From a virus (taxonomy: Duplodnaviria; Caudoviricetes), in the IMG/VR virus record IMGVR_UViG_3300037461_000269, positions 1 through 36,855 of that record: a DNA stretch of 36,855 nucleotides. The stretch is one strand, 5' to 3'. Below the pieces are notes generated by a model that did no database searches, had not been told where the DNA came from, and saw only the letters and a list, made by a program, of their open reading frames with translations. The translations under genes were made by a program, and so were the position numbers. Shown piece by piece: positions 16,979 through 25,069 of the stretch; the first letter of the stretch is position 1; each line of letters begins with the position of its first letter.

Positions 16979-18379
16979 ATGATAAAACAATATATACAGC
17001 GCAGGCTTAAAAATTTTGTTGTTGATATGCTTTACGACGAAACAACGGGCCGGGGCGGTGAATACGATTCTACGACCAGGCTAACCGGACAGCGCGGAAT
17101 ACGGTCAAGCGTTCAGTACAGGACATTATATTCGTCAAATGGATTTATTCAGAATATCATTGAACAGCCTGCCGAGGATGCGACGCGAGAATGGATTGAT
17201 GTCGAAACCAACCGAGATGAAGATTTAAAAATAAATCGCTTAATTTTGAACCGTATGGACGACCTGGGATTACAACGCAAAATAAAGGACCTGATAAAAT
17301 TTTATCGGATGTTTCCTAAAGGGTCGATGTTGTTTTATGGCGTTATCGCTGATAAGCCGGTGACGGATGAAATATTAAAAACTCCAATTATGCTTGAAAC
17401 GGTTCAGGAAATAGATTTTATAAACGTGCTTGAAAACCCCGACCATTTTCATTTCAGGATTGAAAACCAGACTGACCCGACAAAGGCTGATTTCAATAAA
17501 CCGAGTTTCATGTTGATGGGGAAACCGGTTGATTCAAGCCGCGTGTCATGGATGTGTAATAATTTCGATCCGACCTTGTTAATGGGCATATCCATAATCG
17601 ACGTTATCTTTGATGCTATATCCGCCCAGGATTCCGCGTTATGGTCAGTGTCATCAATGGTTCAGGACATGGCGACAAAGATTTTTAAAAGCGATATAAT
17701 CCGATCGATGAAGAAATCCAAAATAACCGAATTGCTTTTAAAACTGAAAAATGACATGAACACCGCTTCCGCCGTTGCAATCGGCAATGATGAAGATTAT
17801 CAAAAACTTATTCATGGTGTGACGACGGGCATGGGCGAAGTGTTTGAATTTATTTTTGATAACCTCGGCGGAGTGTCCAGGATGCCGAGAAATACATTGC
17901 TCGGGAAGGCGCATGGAGTCGTTACCCAGGGCGAATATGACACGTTGAATTATTACGCAAATATAGCAAAATTTCAGGAAAATGATGTACGGGCAGTTAT
18001 CAAGAAAAATATTGATTTAATCATACATGAACAGCGCGGCGAGATATACAAGGCGCTTGGCGGGAAGGTCGAATCTCTTGACGTTGAATTTACATTTAAA
18101 AGCTTGTGGAAACTTGACCCGGTAAGTCAGGCGGATTCAGATCTTAAAAACTCACAGCGAGACCAGATAGACATTGACTGCGGGAAATGTAATCAGATTG
18201 AAGCGCGCTCCCTTGACCCGCGTATGGATAACTTGGAAGATTTCAGGGAGATACCAGAGATAACTCCGGAGCAGGCGGCGATTAAAAATCCGGATGTCCC
18301 GGTCATCGAAAAGGCTCCCGGAGTTGACCCTCGGACAGGAAAGGAATTTAATATCCCGGAGACGAAACCGGCAGAATGA
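16979..18379 (+). CDS. Portal protein (DUF1073 type)
   Basis: Position after terL; LYSSNGFIQNIIEQPAEDATREW, SRMPRNTLLGKAHG, YYANIAKFQEN, FKSLW. Confidence 0.88.
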   Translation: MIKQYIQRRLKNFVVDMLYDETTGRGGEYDSTTRLTGQRGIRSSVQYRTLYSSNGFIQNIIEQPAEDATREWIDVETNRDEDLKINRLILNRMDDLGLQRKIKDLIKFYRMFPKGSMLFYGVIADKPVTDEILKTPIMLETVQEIDFINVLENPDHFHFRIENQTDPTKADFNKPSFMLMGKPVDSSRVSWMCNNFDPTLLMGISIIDVIFDAISAQDSALWSVSSMVQDMATKIFKSDIIRSMKKSKITELLLKLKNDMNTASAVAIGNDEDYQKLIHGVTTGMGEVFEFIFDNLGGVSRMPRNTLLGKAHGVVTQGEYDTLNYYANIAKFQENDVRAVIKKNIDLIIHEQRGEIYKALGGKVESLDVEFTFKSLWKLDPVSQADSDLKNSQRDQIDIDCGKCNQIEARSLDPRMDNLEDFREIPEITPEQAAIKNPDVPVIEKAPGVDPRTGKEFNIPETKPAE

Positions 18380-20040
18380 AAGTAAAAAAGAAATCATATC
18401 CGCACCACCTTGAAAAAATGATGGAGGGGATTTATCTTTCCGTTATTAAGGATCTGGACAAACGCATGAGGGCACGGATAATAGCATCCTACGAATCGAA
18501 CATAAAAGTAGACGCGTCATTCAACGACGGCATAAAAGAAATAATTGACGATGCAACAGGGTATTTGAAATCAATTTATATGTCGCATATGATTGAACAG
18601 GTTACAAAGAAGATTGCTAAATGGTCACAAGATCAGGTTTACGGGATGCTGAACAAATTAAAAGACATGCCGTCAACCCGTGACTTTGCCGAACTCGCAG
18701 TAAAGTACGCAATGGACGACCCACTGGTCGAAGCATTTTCCGCTGACTATGTTCAGAAAAATATTGAACTCGTCGATGCACTCGGCAAGGAATATATCGA
18801 TGGAGTGGCGCAGGCCGCGCAGGATACGTTTATTAACGGCGGGTCAATGGCAGAATTGACGGAAACCATGTCGGGGTTTACTGCGGGCAGTATGGAAAAG
18901 GCCGCGTTCTGGGCGCGTGATCAGGTCGGGGATGCTTACGCCTCATTTACGGAAACGATGCATAAAAAGGCCGGGTTTCCCAACTATATCTGGCATACCG
19001 TCGGGGATAGTCGTGTTCGAGGTATGAAGAAATCAGATCAAACAAGCCATGTTATTTTAAACAACCGTGTTTTCTCATGGGAACGTGGGGCCGCATATAC
19101 GGGACAGATTAGCAAGCCGGGCGGAAAGCATCCCGGACAGGATTATAATTGCGTGACACCCAAAACGCAAATTTTATTCGACTCTGATGTAAAAAGATGT
19201 TACCGGCATTTTTTTAAAGGTGAATTGACCCATATTGTTACGGCTACGGGAATAATTTTGGACGTGACACCGAACCATCCTATACTGACGACTTCCGGAT
19301 GGAAAGCCGCGAAGGACATTAATTTCGGAGATTATCTTATTAAGATTTCCGATAAGGCTGTCAACATCTGCAAAGAGGATGTACATTACGGAATAGGAAT
19401 GGCCGAGGAGGTATTTGATTTTTTTAAGTTGCGCTTTCCGGTAAAAAGGGTTTGTGGTTTCACATCTCAATTCCACGGCGACGGCTCCGATCAGGAAGTC
19501 GATGTTATAACCATTGACGGGGGCCTGATGGATAAATTCAATTTCAAGTTTTTCAAGGGCGTTTTTAAATTCGTTCTCTCCATGACCAATAAGATGTGGC
19601 CGTGGATTATTAAAACGACTTATGGCTCTTTTCCTGATTTCTTTAATCGTATGTTTTCTTCCGGTGCAAGCGCGTCGCGCGGCCTCGGTAATTTTTTTTA
19701 TTTCATCCGTGGACATTTTGGAAAATCGGATACAGCTGGCTTGCGATCCGTTGCGGGGAATGACGCCATGAGATATGAGTCTTTTACGGATAGACGGGCG
19801 GGATATTTTATATTTCCGAGAACATTCAAACTCGCTCATGCCGGAAATATAATCCTTAACAAGAGATTTCTCATCGATAAATTTGAAGTTGCGCGGGTGA
19901 CTTCTGTCGATAGGATTCATTATGATGGCCTCGTTTATAATTTTGAGACATCCGATGGTATATATTATACAAATCTATTGTCAAGTCATAATTGCAGATG
20001 CAATGCCGAGGGAACCTTCGACAAGGCCGAGGACGAATGA
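18376..20040 (+). CDS. Head morphogenesis protein (MuF / SPP1 gp7 family) containing an intein; spliced product 273 aa
   Basis: WARDQ, YIWHTVGDSRVR...H and HPGQDYN|CRC motif split by a 281-aa insertion. Confidence 0.93.
   Translation: MKVKKKSYPHHLEKMMEGIYLSVIKDLDKRMRARIIASYESNIKVDASFNDGIKEIIDDATGYLKSIYMSHMIEQVTKKIAKWSQDQVYGMLNKLKDMPSTRDFAELAVKYAMDDPLVEAFSADYVQKNIELVDALGKEYIDGVAQAAQDTFINGGSMAELTETMSGFTAGSMEKAAFWARDQVGDAYASFTETMHKKAGFPNYIWHTVGDSRVRGMKKSDQTSHVILNNRVFSWERGAAYTGQISKPGGKHPGQDYNCVTPKTQILFDSDVKRCYRHFFKGELTHIVTATGIILDVTPNHPILTTSGWKAAKDINFGDYLIKISDKAVNICKEDVHYGIGMAEEVFDFFKLRFPVKRVCGFTSQFHGDGSDQEVDVITIDGGLMDKFNFKFFKGVFKFVLSMTNKMWPWIIKTTYGSFPDFFNRMFSSGASASRGLGNFFYFIRGHFGKSDTAGLRSVAGNDAMRYESFTDRRAGYFIFPRTFKLAHAGNIILNKRFLIDKFEVARVTSVDRIHYDGLVYNFETSDGIYYTNLLSSHNCRCNAEGTFDKAEDE
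19174..19920 (-). CDS. Antisense-encoded putative homing endonuclease (HTH + NUMOD3-like + DUF559/Vsr-like PD-(D/E)XK domain) nested in the intein
   Basis: DYISGMSEFECSRKYKISRPSIRKRL (HTH), TGRKHTIKEIRKRAIS (NUMOD3-like), GENEFKNALEKLEIEFIHQAPVNGYNIDFLIGAVAVEL (DUF559-like); own GAGG RBS and promoter. Confidence 0.82.
   Translation of the reverse strand: MNPIDRSHPRNFKFIDEKSLVKDYISGMSEFECSRKYKISRPSIRKRLISHGVIPRNGSQASCIRFSKMSTDEIKKITEAARRACTGRKHTIKEIRKRAISRFNNPRPHLIGHGENEFKNALEKLEIEFIHQAPVNGYNIDFLIGAVAVELRCETTNPFYRKAQLKKIKYLLGHSYSVMYILFADVDSLIGNLNKIISEINVLRGFPSGSRQYRMVRCHVQNYSRSRNNMGQFTFKKMPVTSFYIRVE
19929..19984 (-). promoter_or_regulatory. Antisense sigma70-like promoter and RBS inside the intein C-terminal coding sequence
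   Basis: Minus strand: TTGACA (19984-19979), 18 nt, TACCAT (19960-19955); GAGG (19932-19929) 8 nt before ATG 19920. Confidence 0.65.
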
Positions 20041-20315
20041 GCGGACTTGTTGAGATGTATCTTGACTATTGCTCCGGGATGAAAATTAGGGAGCTTGAAC
20101 GTAAGTATCATTTATCTAAAGCCTCGATCTTGAATAAATGCAAGCAGATAACCGTCCAGTTATACACGAGAGATGGTTATTTTGTATATCGCAATATTTC
20201 TAAAATTAAAAACGACATAAGCGTGGCCGTGCAAATTTTGAACACCTGTCCGCATTGCGGTCAAGAAATATCAGAGGAGAGCGAAAGTGAAGAAATCCCT
20301 TCCGAACAGAATTAA
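20037..20315 (+). CDS. Small HTH protein with C-terminal CPHC
   Basis: GAGG RBS, ATGA overlap with the MuF stop; DYCSGMKIRELERKYHLSKASI. Confidence 0.7.
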   Translation: MSGLVEMYLDYCSGMKIRELERKYHLSKASILNKCKQITVQLYTRDGYFVYRNISKIKNDISVAVQILNTCPHCGQEISEESESEEIPSEQN

Positions 20316-21291
20316 AATCAAGGTCATGTCAGAGGCGTCATTCGGCGCGTGTTCATGGTATCGATCGTTTGGAGTATTGTCAAAATTAAGTCACAAGATC
20401 CCCGGTTTATTTGTGGAGCCGCTAAATCTGCGCGACTGGAACGACATAGCAGATACGGACGTAGTATTTTTTGAGCGTCCAGGGCAATTGCATTTCGAGC
20501 CGAGCTTCAATCTTATAAAAGATTACGGGTTGAAATTATGGCTCGATTTCGACGATGATCTTTTCAGCGTACCAATTAAACCATTTAATCCATCCGGAAA
20601 TCATTTCAACGACCCTAAAGTGCAAAAAGTCATTCAGAAATATTTAAGCATGGCGGATGTTGTAACCGTATCAACCGAGGCAATAAAAGACGCATACAAG
20701 GAATACTGCGACCCGATAATTATCCCGAACGCTTTTAATGATTATAATTACGACTGGACATACAGGCGGTCAACAGCAAAGGGGATAATGTGGCGCGGGT
20801 CGATCTTCCATCGATTTAATTTGAAAATTGCAAAGCAAGCGATTCTTGCCGCAGAGAAAAACTTTCCCGAATGGAGATGGAAATTTATAGGCGAGGCAGC
20901 GGGGGATATATGGTCGGAAATGAAAAACGCTGATTTATTTTTTGATACGGCCACGGTTAAATACATGAAGATGCTCCCCGAAATGAATTGTTCAATCCAG
21001 GTTTTCCCACTTGTGGATGATAAATTTAATAGGGCGAAGTCAAACTGCTCATGGGTTGAGGGAACATGGGCCGGGGCGGTTATGCTCGCTCCTGATTTTC
21101 CGGAATATAGACGACCGGGAATAACCAACTATACGGATATGCCGGACTTCTATCAGAAATTGTTGCACTTGATAACCGAGGATGGAACGCGTAAAAAGAA
21201 TTTTGACGATTCTTTTAAGTTTATAAAAGAAAATTATCTGTTATCTCATGTCAACGATCAGCGCGTCGAGATACTAAAAGGACTCTTATGA
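20287..21291 (+). CDS. Glycosyltransferase (GT-B / GT4-like)
   Basis: ACSWYR, DFDDDLF, ADVVTVST, IPNA, WRGS, PLVDDKFNRAKSN..WVE pattern of phage glycosyltransferases. Confidence 0.85.
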   Translation: MKKSLPNRIKIKVMSEASFGACSWYRSFGVLSKLSHKIPGLFVEPLNLRDWNDIADTDVVFFERPGQLHFEPSFNLIKDYGLKLWLDFDDDLFSVPIKPFNPSGNHFNDPKVQKVIQKYLSMADVVTVSTEAIKDAYKEYCDPIIIPNAFNDYNYDWTYRRSTAKGIMWRGSIFHRFNLKIAKQAILAAEKNFPEWRWKFIGEAAGDIWSEMKNADLFFDTATVKYMKMLPEMNCSIQVFPLVDDKFNRAKSNCSWVEGTWAGAVMLAPDFPEYRRPGITNYTDMPDFYQKLLHLITEDGTRKKNFDDSFKFIKENYLLSHVNDQRVEILKGLL

Positions 21292-21869
21292 TTCACCCTG
21301 AAAACAACTGGTTCACATATCCCAGTCTATATCAGTCAATGGTTGACCGGTTCGCGTCCGGGGCGTGGTTCGTCGAAGTTGGCTCATGGACGGGCATGTC
21401 TGCGGCGGGTATGGGCCGAATGATAAAAGAGTCAGGGAAGGATATTCGCCTTGACTGCGTCGATGCGTGGAACCCCTGGCGATATCCGGAATTATTCCCG
21501 ATTTCCAAGTCGAGCGCATACTGGGAAACCGTATTTGAATTATTGACTGACTGGGATTCTGTTTATCGGTCATTTCTGAAAAATACCGAATCGTTTAAGG
21601 GGATTATAAATCATATCAAGGGCAGGTCGATTGACGCGGCCAGACTATATCCAGATAGGTCTATAGATTTTATTTTTATCGACGCCGGACACGAAAAAGA
21701 AGATGTTATCGAAGATGCGACGGCCTGGTTTCCGAAAATAAAAAAGGGCGGCATAATGGCGGGACACGATTATTATTCACATCCCGGAGTCAGACAAGCA
21801 GTCGATGAATTTTTTGGTAGCGACGTTGAATTATCCGAAAAAGAAAACACATGGCTGGTTTATTTATGA
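21288..21869 (+). CDS. Class I SAM-dependent methyltransferase (Methyltransf_24-like)
   Basis: FVEVGSWTGMS, CVDAW, DFIFIDAGH, KKGGIMAGHDY. Confidence 0.92.
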   Translation: MIHPENNWFTYPSLYQSMVDRFASGAWFVEVGSWTGMSAAGMGRMIKESGKDIRLDCVDAWNPWRYPELFPISKSSAYWETVFELLTDWDSVYRSFLKNTESFKGIINHIKGRSIDAARLYPDRSIDFIFIDAGHEKEDVIEDATAWFPKIKKGGIMAGHDYYSHPGVRQAVDEFFGSDVELSEKENTWLVYL

Positions 21870-22465
21870 ACCTGTTTGAATATATTTTCAGGAAGTATGA
21901 AACCGACAAAGTAACAGCGTGGGGATATCAAGATGCATATGAAGATTCATTTTTGGCGATTCGATTTGATGTAAAGCTTGTGTTTGAAATCGGCGTATTT
22001 CAGGGCGGGAGCCTTCACGGATTCAGCGAGTATTTCCCGAATGCCTTGATTATCGGGATTGACGTAAATGAAAAATGTTATTTCGGGCATGACAGAATAA
22101 AAGTTGAAATCGGGGACGCGACAGATAAAGAATTTATCGACGGCCTTGTTTTAAAATATGGCGAACCTGATATCGTTATTGACGATGGATCACATACGAG
22201 CCTGGCAATCCGAAGGTCCTTCGATCTGCTTTTTAACAGGACTAAAATCTGTTATGTCATAGAAGATTTGACAACTCAATATCAAGAATACTGGACAGCG
22301 GGAAATGAGTCATTTTCCGTTATGATTCATCATTTAGTCGACGAGATACTCATGGCGCGGGACATGCTGAAATCAATAAGGATTTATCATTCAATTTTAT
22401 TTTTATTCAAAAAGGTGGTGGCTGATGAAAACGATAGTTGCGACTCAGGCATTTTGCAGAGCTGA
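21866..22465 (+). CDS. Class I SAM-dependent (sugar O-)methyltransferase
   Basis: YETDK, FEIGVFQGGS, IIGID, DIVIDDGSH, YVIEDL. Confidence 0.88.
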   Translation: MNLFEYIFRKYETDKVTAWGYQDAYEDSFLAIRFDVKLVFEIGVFQGGSLHGFSEYFPNALIIGIDVNEKCYFGHDRIKVEIGDATDKEFIDGLVLKYGEPDIVIDDGSHTSLAIRRSFDLLFNRTKICYVIEDLTTQYQEYWTAGNESFSVMIHHLVDEILMARDMLKSIRIYHSILFLFKKVVADENDSCDSGILQS

Positions 22466-23207
22466 ATTACTGGATAAATGTCTCGGTAATTTCTATGCCC
22501 GCAGGCGCGGGGATTATGAACACTGGATTTTGGTAAAGGGATATCCGATAAATCAGAAAACCAATGATGAGAACACGGTCAAAGTCGCCGAGAAATACGG
22601 ATGTAGAGTATTTTTTTGTGACGAGGAACATGTCGGCGTACATCAGGGATTAAACCAGTTTATTGAATTATGTCCAGCGGTTCAAGAGCCGGGAACGGCA
22701 TTGATAATATTCGAGCAGGACGCGCTGGTTGAGCGACTTTCAACCGGATTTGACGTTGCACTTGCCGAAACTATGGATCAGGCGCGAAACATCGCTCCGG
22801 TGATTTGTATGTGGGGCCGCCATATTGATGAGAAATATTTCGGACAAAAAAAGATATATGACGCGGGGAAAGTAATCGTTGCGGGAAACACCTTGATTTT
22901 AACGCCGACGACCCTGGAGGTATATTCCGTCGCCGTGTACGACCTGGATTTCGTGCGGAAGATTGGCGGGTTCAACGAGCCGAATCCGTTTTATGGTTAT
23001 TGGGAATGGTTTTTTGCTGAAAAACTTCTTGAACATGGGAAGCGACTTGGATTTTTAACGGAATATCGCGAACATTACGAGGATATATCCGCGTTCGTCG
23101 ATCCTGAATATAATCAGTACAAATGGGATGCGGCGCACGCCGAAAAACGATTTAACGGGTCATTTCGGGACTGGTTGAAAGAAAAACATCCCGATTTGAT
23201 CGATTAG
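22425..23207 (+). CDS. Putative glycosyltransferase (GT-A / GT2-like)
   Basis: RAELLDKCL N-terminus, GVHQGLN, FEQD (DxD-like), VRKIGGFNE...YGYWE. Confidence 0.6.
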   Translation: MKTIVATQAFCRAELLDKCLGNFYARRRGDYEHWILVKGYPINQKTNDENTVKVAEKYGCRVFFCDEEHVGVHQGLNQFIELCPAVQEPGTALIIFEQDALVERLSTGFDVALAETMDQARNIAPVICMWGRHIDEKYFGQKKIYDAGKVIVAGNTLILTPTTLEVYSVAVYDLDFVRKIGGFNEPNPFYGYWEWFFAEKLLEHGKRLGFLTEYREHYEDISAFVDPEYNQYKWDAAHAEKRFNGSFRDWLKEKHPDLID

Positions 23208-23230
23208 ACACTTTTTCGTGTGTCTAATTT
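23203..23230 (+). terminator. Hairpin (possible weak terminator or operator) closing the glycosylation block
   Basis: ATTAGACAC (23203-23211) / GTGTCTAAT (23220-23228) perfect 9-bp inverted repeat; only a short T tail. Confidence 0.4.
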
Positions 23231-23240
23231 GCCCCAACTA

Positions 23241-23270
23241 TTGACAAAATAAAACATCCGCCTATATATT
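23241..23270 (+). promoter_or_regulatory. sigma70-type promoter for capsid genes (possibly leaderless)
   Basis: TTGACA, 18 nt, TATATT; ATG lies 8 nt downstream with no SD. Confidence 0.65.
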
Positions 23271-23277
23271 ATGTCAC

Positions 23278-24540
23278 ATGTTAAAATGTGACTTTTCTGA
23301 ATTAAGAAATATTGAAATCACCCCGGAAGGCTTTTTGAAAGCCCGCGTCACGTTCGCCGTGCCGGGGGTTTTCCCATATGTAAAGCCTAACGGATTACAA
23401 CTCGAAGCAAAACTCCCTGCGGATATCCTGTCAAACGAAACCATCCAGTCGGCAAAGGGCGTTCCGATAACTGACGGTCATCCGAAAAACAATGACGGAA
23501 AATTCGTCGAGGTCACCCCGGAAAACTATCAAGAATTTTCAAAAGGGAATTTGTCGGAACCTCATATAGAATTCGATGAGGCTGGGCGTCCCGTCGGCGT
23601 GGGGCTTGTGACTATTTATGACATTCCGCTTATTCAAGAAGTATTATCCAAAAAGAAGGTTGAGGTGTCAGTCGGATTTACGGACACGCTCATGCCGGAA
23701 ACGGGAACTTATAACGGCGTTGAATATGATGCTGTTCAGAAAAATATACGAATAAATCACCTTGCTTGTGTCGAGCATGGCAGGGCGGGTGAAACCAAAA
23801 TACACATCGATCACAAAGAGGTAGATATGGAAGTAAAGGTTGACGAAACCAAATTGACCGCCAAGACGATTGACGGGAAAAAAGAACTTGTTTTTGACTC
23901 AAAGGAATTATTCGAAGAGTACGTCAAGGCGCTTGATGAGATTAAGGCCAGGGGCGAAAAAATCACCGCGGACGCCGAGAAAATCAAGGCAGATGAGGGA
24001 GTAATCGACGATATGAAAGCGAGGCTTGACAGCATAAATCCGTCGACTCCCGACCCGAAAGGCGTTAAAGAAAAAGATGCGCTCACGAAAGAGATTGAAG
24101 CGTTGACGGGTCAGCTTGAAGCCGCGAACGCAAAACTTGCCGCCCTCGAAGAAAAGTACAAAACTGAGGTGGAGGCGATACCGGAGGCAGTCGATCAGGC
24201 CGCCGCAGAAAAGGTCGATCTCATGCAGTCAGCGGATGCGCTCGGCGTAAAATGTGACGGACTTTCAAGCAAGGAAATCAGGATGATCGTCATCGGAAAG
24301 TATTTCCCATTTAAACCGGAAATCAAAGTTGACGAACTTGATGAGGCGATGATCAGGGCAAGATATGACGCGGCGGTGGAGATCGCTAAAATTAAAACTA
24401 ACCGCGTTGATTATACAAGCGCGAAGCGGATATTTGCCGACGAGGTAAAGGTCGACGAGACTGTGCTTGCCGAGAAAAAAAGGTATATGAGCAATCCGTT
24501 TCAGTATGAAAGAGAAAAATTAGACAGGGAGAAAAAGTAA
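23278..24540 (+). CDS. Prohead protease/scaffold (DUF2213 family)
   Basis: ITPEGFL, GVPITDGHP, EVSVGF, YDAVQKNIRINHLACVEHGRAG; coiled-coil C-terminal half. Confidence 0.9.
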   Translation: MLKCDFSELRNIEITPEGFLKARVTFAVPGVFPYVKPNGLQLEAKLPADILSNETIQSAKGVPITDGHPKNNDGKFVEVTPENYQEFSKGNLSEPHIEFDEAGRPVGVGLVTIYDIPLIQEVLSKKKVEVSVGFTDTLMPETGTYNGVEYDAVQKNIRINHLACVEHGRAGETKIHIDHKEVDMEVKVDETKLTAKTIDGKKELVFDSKELFEEYVKALDEIKARGEKITADAEKIKADEGVIDDMKARLDSINPSTPDPKGVKEKDALTKEIEALTGQLEAANAKLAALEEKYKTEVEAIPEAVDQAAAEKVDLMQSADALGVKCDGLSSKEIRMIVIGKYFPFKPEIKVDELDEAMIRARYDAAVEIAKIKTNRVDYTSAKRIFADEVKVDETVLAEKKRYMSNPFQYEREKLDREKK

Positions 24541-24541
24541 A

Positions 24542-25051
24542 ATGGCAATACCTAAAGAAGATCTCTATGTATCAAAGGCACTCGGTGCCGGGAAAATGCC
24601 TTCACACGATCCCGCAGATATGATCCGTACAATGGCGAACGGTGACAGCGTTGTTATTCCGTTCGGATATGGACTTATGAGGGATTCATCCGATCCGATA
24701 CTTGCAAAGATATTCGCAAGCGATACCGGCGAATTTGTCGGCGTTGCTGTCAACGCGGTTGACACGCATGAATCGGATTCTGAAACGAAGGCTTATGAAG
24801 TCGGGGCGGCTCTGGGCGTATGTGACAGGGGTTCAGTTATGGTCGTAGTCGAAGAGGCTCTCGGGCCTGGTGATGCGGTCAGGATTAGACATACCGACAA
24901 CGGGATTAAACTCGCCGGCATGTTCGGCAAGACTTCAGATTCGGGAAAAACTGCGGTAATAACTGGCGCAAAATGGCTGGGGACAGCGTCCGCCTCTGGC
25001 GTAAACGAACTGTATCTCGGCGGCATTTACGTCGTTACTGCGGATTCATAG
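24542..25051 (+). CDS. Head decoration / minor capsid protein
   Basis: Position between scaffold and MCP; IPFGYGL...FVGVAV...RGSVMV pattern. Confidence 0.75.
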   Translation: MAIPKEDLYVSKALGAGKMPSHDPADMIRTMANGDSVVIPFGYGLMRDSSDPILAKIFASDTGEFVGVAVNAVDTHESDSETKAYEVGAALGVCDRGSVMVVVEEALGPGDAVRIRHTDNGIKLAGMFGKTSDSGKTAVITGAKWLGTASASGVNELYLGGIYVVTADS

Positions 25052-25069
25052 GAAGGGGGATAAAAGACG

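Larger units (their letters stand above)
19150..19992 (+). mobile_element. Intein (281 aa) in MuF
   Basis: Starts with Cys (CVTPKTQI), block B VTPNHPILT..GW, block F VYNFETSDGIYYTN, ends His-Asn followed by Cys+1; removal restores PGQDYNCRC. Confidence 0.95.

Noticed and set aside
16979-18379. Anti-CBASS (Acb1) label often attached to DUF1073 proteins
   Set aside because: Size and position between terL and MuF indicate a portal; no separate phosphoesterase domain seen.
19340-19900. In-frame LAGLIDADG/HNH endonuclease in the intein (FHGDG resembles a DGDG-like motif)
   Set aside because: No paired LAGLIDADG helices or HNH residues; FHGDG is the reverse-complement reading of the antisense AVAVE motif.
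19145-19995. ATAATTGC at both intein ends as a transposon target-site duplication
   Set aside because: Explained by Asn-Cys codons at both splice junctions; no transposase or terminal inverted repeats.
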